This document shows positions 12,180 through 23,100 of a DNA stretch of 64,000 bases, one piece after another. Made by a program: the position numbers and the translations under genes. Each line of letters starts with the position of its first letter. Within the stretch, counting starts at the first letter, position 1. The DNA lies in the NCBI GenBank assembly GCA_030390025.1, contig CM059425.1, positions 173,292,001 through 173,356,000 of the forward strand, written 5' to 3'. This DNA comes from Squalus acanthias (lineage: Eukaryota). A model generated the notes under the pieces. It saw nothing but the letters and a program-made list of their open reading frames with translations, had not been told where the DNA came from and did no database searches.

Positions 12180-15100
12180 GGAGTACTGTCTGGTTGGAGA
12201 GGGTTTAAACTAAAGTGGCAGGGGGTTGGGCACCTGAGCAGGGAGACAGAGGAAAGTGTGTCAGGAAGGGACAGAAGGTATGGAGTAAAAGGTAAAGTGT
12301 TAAAAAAGGAAAAAGCAGGAACTAAGTGTCATAAAACATATTTGAAAGTTCTTTATCTGAATGCACGTAGCATTCGTAACAAAATGAATGAGTTAACGGC
12401 ACAAATAACTACGTATGGGTATGATCTTGTGGCGATTACAGAAACATGGCTGCAGGGTGACAACGACTGGGAATTAAATATGCCAGGGTATTTAACAATC
12501 AGGAAGGACAGGCAGGAAGGAAGGGGAGGTGGGGTGGCTATGTTAATAAAGTAAGGAATCACTGTAATACAGAGAAATGATATTGGGTCAAAGGATCAGG
12601 ATAATGAAACAGTTTGGGTGGAGATAAGGAAGAATAAAGGGGAAAAAACACTAGTGGGAGTAGTATATAGGCCTCCTAATAGTTGCAACTCTGCTGGAAG
12701 AAGTATTAATCAGGAAATAGTTGGGGCATGTAATAAGGGAACAGCTATAATTATGGGGGATTTTAACTATCATATTAACTGGACAAATCAAATTGGGCAG
12801 GGCAGCCTTGAGGAAGAGTTTGTTGAGTGTATTAGGGATGGATTTCTTGAGCAGTATGTAACTGATCCTACAAGGGGGCAAGCAACCTTGGACCTGGTCC
12901 TGTGTAATGAGTCAGGATTAATTAATAATGTCCTAGTTAAGGATCCCCTTGGAATGAGTGACCATAACATGGTTGAATTCCATATCCAATTAGAGGGTGA
13001 GAAGGTTGGTTCTCAAACAAGCGTACTGAGCTTGAATAAAGGAGACTATGATGGTATGAGAGCGGAATTGATTAAAGTGGACTGGGAAAATAGATTAAAG
13101 GGTAAGACGGTACATGAGCAGTGGTGTTCATTTAAGGAGTTATTTTACAACTTTCAAAAAAATATATTCCACTGAGGAAAAAAGGGTGTAAAAGAAATGA
13201 CAGCCATCCGTGGCTAAGTAAAGAAATTAAGGATAGTATCCGACTAAAAACAAGGACGTATAAGGTAGCCAAACTTAATGGGAGGATAGAAGATTGGGAA
13301 GGCTTCAAAAGACAGCAAAAAGTAACTAAAGGATTGATTAAGAAAGGGAAGATAGATTATGAAAATAAATTAGCAAAAAATATAAAAACAGATAGCAAGA
13401 GTTCCTATAGTTATATAAAAAGAAAAAGGGTGGTTAAGGCAAACGTAGGTCCCTTAGAGGATGAGACTGGGAAATTAATGGTGGGAAACATGGAGATGGC
13501 AAAAATGCTGAACAAATATTTTGTTTCAATCTTTACGGTAGAGGACACTAAGAATATCCCAACACTGGACAAACAGGGGGCTCTGGGGGGGGGGAGGAGC
13601 TAAATACGATTAAAATCACTAAGGAATTGGTACTCAGTAAAATAATGGGACTCAAGGCGGATAAATTCCCTGGACCTGATGACTTACATCCTAGGGTCTT
13701 GAGGGAAGTGGCAGTAGGGATTGTGGATGCTTTGGTAATAATTTTCCAAAATTCCCTGGACTCAGCAAAGGTCCCGGCAGATTGGAAAACTGCTAATGTA
13801 ACACAGAATTACAGAATCACAGAATCCCCACAGTGCAGATAAAGGCCATTTCGGCCCATCGAGCCTGCACCGACACATATCCCACCCTATCCCCATAACC
13901 CCACGTATTTAATCCCCCTAACACTAAGGGTCAATTTATCATAGCCAAATCAACCTAACCCGCACATCTTTGGACTGTGGAAGGAAACCGGAGCACCCGG
14001 AGGAAACCCACGCAGACACGGGGAGAATGTGCAAACTCCACACAGACAGTCACCCGAGGCCGGATTCGAACCCGGGTCCCTGGCGCTGTGAAGCAACAGT
14101 GCTAACCACTATGCCACCGTGTTACCCCTATTTAAAAAGGGTAGTAGGCAGAAGGCTGGAAATTATAGGCCAGTTAGCCTAACATCTGTGGTGGGTAAAA
14201 TTTTGGAGTCTATTATTAAGGAGACAGTAACGGAACATTTAGATAAACATAATTTAATAGGACAAAGTCAGCATGGCTTTATGAAGAGGAAGTCATGTCT
14301 GACAAATTTGCTTGAGTTCTTTGAGGACATAACGTACAGGGTGGATAAAGGGGAACCAGTGGACGTAGTGTATTTAGACTTCCAGAAGGCATTCGACAAG
14401 GTGCCACATAAAAGATTATTGCTCAAGATAAAAAATCACTGGATTGGGGGTAATATTCTGGCATGGGTGGAGGATTGGTTATCTAACAGGAAGCAGAGAG
14501 TTGGGATAAATGGTTCATTCTCGGACTGGCAACCAGTAGCCAGTGGTGTTCCGCAGGGGTCGGTGCTGGGTCCCCAACTCTTTACAATCTATATTAACGA
14601 TTTGGAGGAGGGGACCGAGTGTAACATATCAAAGTTTGCAGATGATACAAAGATGGGAGGGAAAGTAGAAAGTGAGGAGGACATAAAAAACCTACAAGGG
14701 GATATAGACAGGCTGGGTGAGTGGGCGGAGATTTGGCAGATGCAATACAATATTGGAAAATGTGAGGTTATGCATTTTGGCAGGAAAAATCAGAGAGCAA
14801 GTTATTATCTTAATGGCGAGAAACTGGAAAGTACTGCAGTACAAAGGGATCTGGGGGTCCTAGTGCAAGAAAATCAAAAAGTTAGTATGCAGGTGCAGCA
14901 GGTGATCAAGAAGGCCAACGGAATGTTGACTTTTATTGCTAGGGGGATAGATTATAAAAACAGGGAGGTATTGCTGCAGTTATATAAGGTATTGGTGAGA
15001 CCGCACCTGGAATACTGCATACAGTTTTGGTGTCCATACTTAAGAAAAGACATACTTGCTCTCGAGGCAATACAAAGAAGGTTCACTCGGTTAATCCCGG

Positions 15101-15672
15101 GGATGAGGGGGTGGACATATGAGGAGAGGTTGCGTAGATTGGGACTCTACTCATTGGAGTTCAGAAGAATGAGAGACGATCTTATTGAAACATATAAGAT
15201 TGTGAAGGGGCTTGATCGGGTGGATGCGGTAAGGATGTTCCCAAGGATGGGTGAAACTAGAACTAGGGGGCATAATCTTAGAATAAGGGGCTGCTCTTTC
15301 AAAACTGAGATGAGGAGAAACTTCTTCACTCAGAGGGTAGTAGGTCTGTGGAATTTGCTGCCCCAGGAAGCTGTGGAAGCTACATCATTAAATAAATTTA
15401 AAACAGAAATAGACAGTTTCCTAAAAGTAAAGGGAATTAGGGGTTACGGGGAGCGGGCAGGAAATTGGACATGAGGCTAAGTTCGGATCAGTCAAGGCCC
15501 TGTGGGTGGCGGAGCGGGCCCAGGGGCTGAGTGGCCGGGTCCTGCTCCTACTTCTTGTGATCTTTAGATTTGAGGTTAGGATCAGATCAGCCATGATCTT
15601 ATTGAATGGCGGAGCAGGCTCGAGGGGCCGATTGGCCTACTCCTGCTCCTATTTCTTATGTTCTTATGTTCT
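12180..15672 (+). mobile_element. CR1 LINE, near-complete ORF2 (APE endonuclease + RT) with stops, frameshifts and a SINE insertion
   Basis: YLNARSIRNK, AITETWL, GVVYRPPN, IMGDFN, SDHN (EN); GVPQGSVLGP, KFADD (RT); 3' tail ttcttatgttcttatgttct. Confidence 0.96.
13805..14119 (-). mobile_element. tRNA-derived V-SINE (HE1-like, elasmobranch)
   Basis: Reverse complement shows A/B boxes (tggcatagtgg, ggttcgaatcc), the V-domain (gtctgtgtggagtttgcacattctccccg) and an attctgtg tail; homologous to 59409-59726. Confidence 0.9.
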
Positions 15673-15689
15673 AATCCTGCAGATTCTGG

Positions 15690-16678
15690 CATCCAACCAG
15701 TAGCTGCAGTATGACTGTTACATAACTTTTCCAAATGGCATCTAATTGTATTTTAAATATTCCCAGTGTTTTTGCGTGCAAGCAAGCTGACAGTGGCGAT
15801 GTCAGCACCTCTTAAAGGGATACACACATCTTTCAGGTATGTTTGGATTTAAGCTTTTGGACTGGGTTTTCTTGATTTTATTGAAATAGTGCCTTGCTGC
15901 AATGGATGTTAAAAGTATTCTAAGTGTGTAGGGAGTGCTGCTGGATGCTTGCAAGGGCTCCGATCGTAAATGAAGGCCTTTGAGAAGACAAAACATGCTG
16001 CAAATACTCAGCAGGTCACGCAACATCCGTGCAGAGAAAAACAGAGTTCACGGCTCAGGTCGAGATGCTGGCTGACCAGCTGAGTATTTCCTGTCATTTC
16101 AGATTTACAACATCCGCTCGCAGAGGGAAGAGGAAGACACAGAAGAGGATGAAGCTGAAGAGGAGGAAGCAGACAGAAGGATTCATCCCAGACAGCGCCT
16201 TTTTGGCCGGGATATCTGGGACAGAATCATCCGCCTGCGGGCCCAGTGACCACAACCCCAATTCCCCTTTCAACATTAGTCCCACCCCTTACCTTCCATC
16301 TGTTACTGACCATCACAGTGGCCTCTTGGCCACAATGCTGAAATAAAAGCCACCACAAAGCAAACTTTCCAATCCAACTTTATATATCTATCCATCCAAT
16401 ATGTCATCAAGAAATCAACTCATCACCCTTATGCATTCTCTTAGTGACTGTCTTGTGTGTGCCTTTGCCTACCCTACTGATGTTACCCAGTGCTCCCCCA
16501 GTGGCTGCAACATGGCTGGTGGAAGACTGTTGACTTTTAGTGGGGGACACTGCAAGTGGCCTTGCTGGTTGACCTTGAGGAGCTGGTAGCTGGGAGTGTC
16601 AAATCAATCTTCTTCTTCTTGTTCTTCTTCACTCTCCTCTCTCTCTTCTTGGTCAACCACTGGCTGGGCAGGCTGCAT
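15690..16678. mobile_element. Harbinger-derived repeat family copy, interrupted by the intact ERV and resuming at 29337
   Basis: Collinear homology with 45260-46200 (+) and 38057-38560 (-); 29350-29470 matches 46070-46190. Confidence 0.7.
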
Positions 16679-18291
16679 TGTAGAATTCGCAATTATCGCG
16701 ATTTCATTTTATTAAGGAGAAAACACAAGTTTCATTCAAAACAGCTTTTATTTCAGCGGAATGCTGTCAGGTTTAAATTGGACACAAGCAGCCTGTAAAA
16801 TGGCCGCCGCACCGCGTGACAGAACATTCGAGACTTTTCGGCAGGCAGACAAGATGGCGTTCCAATAAACATTCTTGCAAGATCGATAACGATTCAGCAC
16901 AGTGAAGACATTACACAGGACATTATGGGTTTACAGTATAAACATCGATACTGGGATCGGTCTCCCAGGTACAAAGGAAAGCCATCAAGGGCCCATCCAA
17001 AGGACATTAATATGTAAACTCCCAACGGCTCTACGATGAGAGAGCCGTTAGCAGGTAGTTATACAGGACACTTGGAAGCCCCAAACCCCTCCAGGGGGAA
17101 CACCGACCGATTTAACAATGGGAGAAGTATTAGCAGGTACTCAAACATTCAGGAGTAGCCCCGAAACCCATTAAAGACAGAGATCACCCATACAGGACTT
17201 TTTTGGGCGCCAAACCTTAAACAAAAGAATGGACATTATAGTTGGGCGGGAAACGGAAGAACTGTGCACTATAATTGCAGGCCCAAACCGTCCATTCTCT
17301 CACTTGATCCTTGCCTCTTGACTTGATTCTTGCTCCTGCCTCGTGTTCGTGACTCTTGCCGCTTGCTGCTGTTATCCTCGTGGCTGATCCTGGGTAAAAG
17401 ACTGTTGCAAAGACCTATGTTGGTAGCTGGCAGCGGAACCGAAGGCCCGAGATGAGATGAGATGAGATGAGATGAGATGAGAGGAGAAGAGAAGAAGACC
17501 TTATCCATCGCCACGGTCAGTAAATCCCGACCGCGCCTGTAGGTCGATCAGCCAAGTCTTCTTGACGACGAAGTTTTCTTCTAACAAAACATATTGCATC
17601 GACGATAACTGGACTGTGCAAACACATCGTATCAATGATATTGACAACGGTGTTCCACCATACCCTGTATCCAACCAACAGAGGTCTTCACTACAGCGGA
17701 CGGTCCAGCCGACTGACCGAGCAGCAGAAGCAGTAAACAAGTAGGACCAGGAGATCTCCTGACCAACACGTGGGTGCTGCGGTGAAAAACATCCGATCAG
17801 CTATTCGGGATTTCTCCGAGTTATTACGAGTGGTGAGCATGAGTCTCGGGATCCTACGAAGCTAGTTTTAGGATAGTTATTGATAGGGGAGGGTTGAAAG
17901 TTTAAGGATATTTGTAATGTGTGCCCTATTTACGTTGTGCTGGTCGTTCCTCGTTTCCCTAAGAGTGATTATAACTGTTTGTAAGATTGTACTGTCATTC
18001 ATCTGTGCATATGACATGTATTTCATAATTTTAAGTATCATGCAATAAAGATTTTCCATTTCGTACCGTTCAAACCAAGTCTACATGAGTTTTATCTCCA
18101 TTACTGCTCTCGCATCTAAGTCCAGTGTCTAGAACCGTAAGGGAGAGTGATTCGAACCACTCACAGGGGTGTCTAGTGTTCCCAGACTGGCTGGAGACCA
18201 GGCCTAGACCCGCACTGACATACAGGCTGCACAGAGCCGCGTGAACCTCACAGGCTACGAGACACGCAGGGTCAGGAGAGTATCCCTTACA
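16679..18291 (+). repeat. 5' LTR (1613 bp)
   Basis: Repeat of 27725-29336; GC box ~17244, TATAA 17270-17274, (GATGA)n microsatellite ~17449-17480, AATAAA 18044-18049. Confidence 0.97.
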
Positions 18292-18295
18292 GAAA

Positions 18296-20107
18296 ATGGC
18301 GACCGCGGCAGGACATTGGCAGCGAGAGGGTAATGTGTTAGACTTTGGAATGACTGTACGAAATGTGATGCAGGAAAAGATAGCGGATTACGTATTTGGA
18401 AAGGTTAATCTAACGAAAAAGTGGATAAGCGAATTGTTAGCGGATAAGAGCCCACTAGAGGCAGCTGAAAGGTGGACGGATAGTAAGGAGCATAAAAAGG
18501 CAGTTGAGAAAGCAGTCTGGCTTATGTGCTACAAAAGGCAGGTTCAGATTTCTAACCAGACCAATACAGCGCTAACCGCTCGAATCAAGCAGTTAGAGGA
18601 GGAAATGGAGGAGAAGGTTTCTGGAGGGGAGGTGCTCATTAAGAGTTTAAATGAGTTACGCCAGGAAAGCCAGGAAGTCTCCAGCTACCTTAAAACAAGG
18701 GTAGAGTATCTCGAGTGCCAGATCACTGAAGCAAAATTAAACGAGAATAGGATGAAGGACAGATGTAACCGTCAAGCTGCCCAGATAAGAACTCAAGAAG
18801 AGAGCTTAATGGGGGTTAGGTCGGCGTATAAGTTGGCCCTTGAGGATAAGTTTCAGGGAGCCGACCATAGCGCCTGCGAAAAGGAGATAGAGAGCCTCAA
18901 AAAGGCCGTGAATAATGCGAACGGCATGGTGTGCCTTATTAATCCGTCGGCACGCCAGCCGCTAGTAAATGAGAGATTTAGAAATTCCCCACCAAGTAAA
19001 GCAGAAGAGGTAGTAGCCACTGCGCCCCCCGCGCCACCCAGCTATTCAGAAACCTGGGTTAGGGAGGAAGCACCGGAAGAAGCGAAAGAGCCCGTTGAAA
19101 AAGAGGTAGAAAAGGGATCGTTGTATCCAGTAACGGGGATTAAAAGGGGCCCGAGCAGAAACGGTGGGGAAGAACCGGGGGATCTCCTCGGACAGCTGGT
19201 GTTGCCTCACAGTTCACATCAGCTGAGGGCCATGATAAACCACGTAAGGAAGCTGACCGAGATAGACGACCCTTCCGTACATTTTAGGGAAGTTGAGCAA
19301 GCCGCAGCCATCAACGGCTGCGATGATGGGGAGACAGCAAAAATGCTGCTGTTCTCGTTAGATAGCTCGGTCCTTCAGTGCCTCTCAGGCGATAGCAAGA
19401 GGGGTAATAAAAGTTATGAGGAATTGAAAAATGAGGTCCTAGAAGTAGTGGGAGCGAACGACGGAGGTCCGTTTGCTAGAGTGGGACAGACAGTGCAGAT
19501 GGAGGGAGAACCCCCGAAGGTTTTTGCCGACAGGCTGTGGCCAGTATATGAGCGCAGCTGTCTAGGTGCGCCCGAGCGCGAAGATGTGGAAGGCGCCGCT
19601 TTAATTCATTGGCTTAGGTGCATAATAGCCAACAGTTTACCAGCCGTTAGAGAGCAGGCAAAAGCCTGGTTCGATCCCAATGACCTCAACCTTACGGAAG
19701 AGTCGGTCTTGAATCGACTCACGTTAGGTTACCGTAACATAAGGGGTATGGCAACACGTCCTTTTAAGGGAAAAGTACATGAGGTACGACCCGCAGCCCC
19801 GGCTCAAAGAGAGTGGCATCAGGAGGGTAATCGCGCCCCACCGGCAAGCAATGCCTGTTACGGGTGCGGGAAGACAGGGCACTGGCGCAAGCACTGCAGG
19901 AACCCTTGGAAGGATTCCAAGGATAAGAATCCCGCGGTCCGAGCCCAGGCGCCTGTCCCGGCTAAGGAGGCAAAGGTACCCACCTCTCCCGAAGACCTTG
20001 AGGCAGTGTTAGGAGTCATGCGCAAGATGGTTTTAAATGCGCGTGGACAGGTGGCGGTCGCAACCGGCCCCGTAGGTGCCGCAGGACCGTCTAATAGTGC
20101 CCCATGA
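18296..20107 (+). CDS. gag: Gag polyprotein (coiled coil, PPxY late domain, capsid-like region, one CCHC zinc knuckle)
   Basis: 603-aa ORF; PPSY; MHR-like QMEGEPPKVFADRL; CYGCGKTGHWRKHC. True start may be a downstream ATG (MTVR or MQEK). Confidence 0.93.
   Translation: MATAAGHWQREGNVLDFGMTVRNVMQEKIADYVFGKVNLTKKWISELLADKSPLEAAERWTDSKEHKKAVEKAVWLMCYKRQVQISNQTNTALTARIKQLEEEMEEKVSGGEVLIKSLNELRQESQEVSSYLKTRVEYLECQITEAKLNENRMKDRCNRQAAQIRTQEESLMGVRSAYKLALEDKFQGADHSACEKEIESLKKAVNNANGMVCLINPSARQPLVNERFRNSPPSKAEEVVATAPPAPPSYSETWVREEAPEEAKEPVEKEVEKGSLYPVTGIKRGPSRNGGEEPGDLLGQLVLPHSSHQLRAMINHVRKLTEIDDPSVHFREVEQAAAINGCDDGETAKMLLFSLDSSVLQCLSGDSKRGNKSYEELKNEVLEVVGANDGGPFARVGQTVQMEGEPPKVFADRLWPVYERSCLGAPEREDVEGAALIHWLRCIIANSLPAVREQAKAWFDPNDLNLTEESVLNRLTLGYRNIRGMATRPFKGKVHEVRPAAPAQREWHQEGNRAPPASNACYGCGKTGHWRKHCRNPWKDSKDKNPAVRAQAPVPAKEAKVPTSPEDLEAVLGVMRKMVLNARGQVAVATGPVGAAGPSNSAP
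18297..18314 (+). promoter_or_regulatory. Primer-binding site, most likely tRNA-Arg(UCG)
   Basis: TGGCGACCGCGGCAGGAC is complementary to the 3' end GUCCUGCCGCGGUCG-CCA of a vertebrate tRNA-Arg(UCG) as I recall it; starts 5 nt after the LTR. Confidence 0.85.
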
Positions 20108-23100
20108 CTAGAACCAGCACAGCCCGTCTACCTGTGTCCGCTCAGCTATGATGCGTGGAGGCGACCTGTGGTGGAGATGGAGGTAGAGAAACAAAAGGGC
20201 AGTTATCTGTTGGACACGGGAGCTTCTTGCACCATAATCCATACAGATGACCCTTTTGACTCGCCGCTATCTACCAAGGTCCCATTCACGCTAGCAGGGT
20301 TCACAGGGAAAGAACAGGCTGGCACGTTTTCCCTCCCGCTATCCATTCGTTTAGGAACACTTCGCTTTAAGTGGAAGTGTATACTAATGGCATGGCAAAA
20401 GGGGGGTGGAAGAGGTATTCTCGGGTCCGATCTGCTAGCGGGACACGGGATCCTCGTGGACCTCAGAAATCACTGTCTCTGGGGGGCTAAAGGGGAAAAA
20501 GGCGAAGTAATGGTAATTCAAGGGGAGGAAGAAACAGGGGTCCTGTGTACCGTACAGCCATCCGGAGGCTACGACCTCAGGCTTATGGTCGCAGATGTCC
20601 CAACGGACATGCAGACGTACGTGACAGATAATATGCACGCGTTTGCAACCCACAAGCACGATTGTGGGAGGGTGGTCGGGTTTGAGGTCAGCGTAGATGG
20701 GGACCCCATGACCCGACCCCAAAAGCAGTATAACTTCCCCAAAGAAGCAGAACCCGATATGGAGGCAGCAATGTCTTCCTTGGTGCAGCAGGGCGTGTTG
20801 AGGCCGATAGCCACACACGTGAACTCCCCATTATGGCCGGTTAGGAAGCCGGATAATTCGTGGAGAGCCACGGTGGACTACAGAGTCCTTAACAGTAACA
20901 TCCCCGCCTGCGCGCCCACAGTAGCAGCAGTTGCTGACCTAATAGGGAGCATCCCAGCGTCCGCGACCACGTTCACGGTGCTGGATATCTCGAACGGTTT
21001 TTGGTCCATCCCGCTGCGGCGAGAGGACCAGTACAAGTTTGCCTTTACGTTTAAAGGGCAACAGTACACGTGGAACTGCTTGCCACAAGGTTTCCACAAT
21101 AGCCCCAGTATTTTTCACCAGTGTATGGCAGGAAGTTTAAAGGAGTTTAGTCAGCCCAATCAGATAGTACAGTATGTGGATGATTTGCTCCTATTTACGG
21201 ACTCAAGGGAGGAGCACGGACCACTGCTGGACGAGTTATTGGAGCTGTTAGCGAGAAAGGGTTTTAAAGTAAACCCAAAGAAAGCACGTATCGGTCAGCA
21301 GGAAGTAAAATTCCTGGGACTGACCCTACGCGCTGGGGAAAGAGCCATAGACAAAGCAAGGAGGGAGTCGGTGCAAGAATTACCGATTCCCAACAACGTA
21401 AGGGGTGTGAGGTCCTTCTTGGGACTGACCGGTTACTGCAGGGATTTTATCGAGGATTATGCGGCCACAGCGGCGCCGCTCCTCCGACTCCTCCATAAGG
21501 GAGTAGAGTGGCTTTGGGACGAGGGCTGCCAAGCAGCCTTCGAGAAGTTAAAAAGGGATCTGCAGACCGCGCCAGCCTTAGGGGCCATAGATGGGGGGAA
21601 GGAGTTTTTCCTGGAGGTAGCTGCCAGCGGAGACAGCTTAAGCGCCGTGCTGCTCCAAGAGCGTCACGGCAAGCTGAGGCCGGTTGTCTATTCATCCAGG
21701 GTATTAACGGATGTGGAGAGAAGTTTTTCCAATTGCGAAAGGCACCTTTTAGCCACGCATTGGGCTGTGAAAAGATCAGCGATCTTCACAGGGCTCTCTC
21801 CCATCACTCTCCTCACACATCACACACCAACTAAGATGCTTCTGGATGGGAGGATTAAAGACGGGACCGTAAGCAGCGCACGCATTGCGCGTTGGACCCT
21901 TCTTCTCTCCCAGTTGGACATCAGAGTAAAAGGTCTTTGCGAGCCCAGGCTTGCGGCCAATTTGGTATACCCCGGTACAGCCCACCGGTGTTCGGTGGAG
22001 GGGGTGTGGGAAGTCGACATAGGTTTACGGGCCGGGATACATCCCACTGGGCGCGAGATTTATGTTGATGGGTCTAGCACAGTATCTGCTGGCGAGCGAC
22101 TCACAGGGTGTGGAGTTTATGACCCTGCGGCAGACCTTGCCCTGGCGATCAAGCTCCCTAGCACCATGAGCGCGCAGCAGGCTGAGCTGTCTGCCGTGGT
22201 GTACGTGGTAACCCACCCAGACATTTTCCCAACCCCATACACGATTTGCTCGGACAGTATGTTCACCTGCAATTCGTGTACGGAATACCTGGCCATTTGG
22301 TCCCGCCGTGGATACACCTCCGCGGACGGGCGACCTTTAACGGTAAAGCCCTTGCTGGAAAAGATCTTAGCAGCAGCAGTAGGGGAGGAAGGGGAGATTT
22401 TCATCCATAAGGTGAAAGCTCACTCCTCCACAGAGCCCCGTGGGGAGGGCAACCGGCAGGCGGATGCGCTAGCCAGGGAGGGTGCCCGCGACGGTACTTT
22501 CTGGAACCCCTATAGAACCGGACCCATAGCAGCGGTCCGAGGTGGGGACGGGAATACCGGGAACACCAGGGTAGCATTGCCCCTAGACCTTAAGACCGTC
22601 CAAGCCCAGGATCCCGCCCTAAAAGCAGTCCTAAAAACGATTGCTGAGGGGAGGCAGGTAGAAGGTCCGTACAGTACGGCAACCCTCTCAGTTAAGGAAG
22701 GCATGCTGTTCCGCGAGGAGCAGTGGGTTGTGCCGCAGCAGCACAGGAGGGAATTCCTCCAGTTGGCTCACGAGGGACCAGGGGCAGGGCACCCCGGGCC
22801 CGAGGTTACCTGGCAACGGGTAGAGCAAGCGGGATGGTGGCCAGGGCTCAGGGAACAAGTCCGCGAGTTCTGTGCAAACTGTCTTGTGTGCGCTGCAAAC
22901 AACCCAGACCCCCAGAAAAGGAAGGTGCCCATGGGACACGTAAGAAGGGTAGAGGGACCATGGCAGTCGATACAGATCGACTATATAGGACCCCTGCCCA
23001 CCACCCAGGGAGGTTATAAGTACTGCCTCGTCCTGGTGGATGTGTTTTCCAAGTGGGTGGAAGCCTTCCCTTGTCGAACAGCTACGGCACTGGGTACAGC

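Noticed and set aside
17499..17508. CCTTATCCAT complementary to the tRNA-Arg D-loop
   Set aside because: A 10-nt match within 1.6 kb is plausible by chance, and I did not see it in the solo LTR.
17269..18059. Small ORFs in the LTR (repeated at 28314-29104) as accessory genes
   Set aside because: Short, mostly antisense, one runs through a microsatellite, no recognisable domain, and not seen in the related solo LTR.
18130..18200. tRNA gene on the minus strand around GGTTCGAATC
   Set aside because: I cannot build a cloverleaf; only a T-loop-like hairpin is present.
18297..18314. PBS as a mismatched tRNA-Ser site
   Set aside because: Recalled tRNA-Arg(UCG) gives a full 18-nt match, whereas Ser isoacceptors mismatch centrally.
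20105..20107. Selenocysteine recoding of the gag UGA
   Set aside because: No SECIS element identified; the CUAG context explains readthrough more simply.
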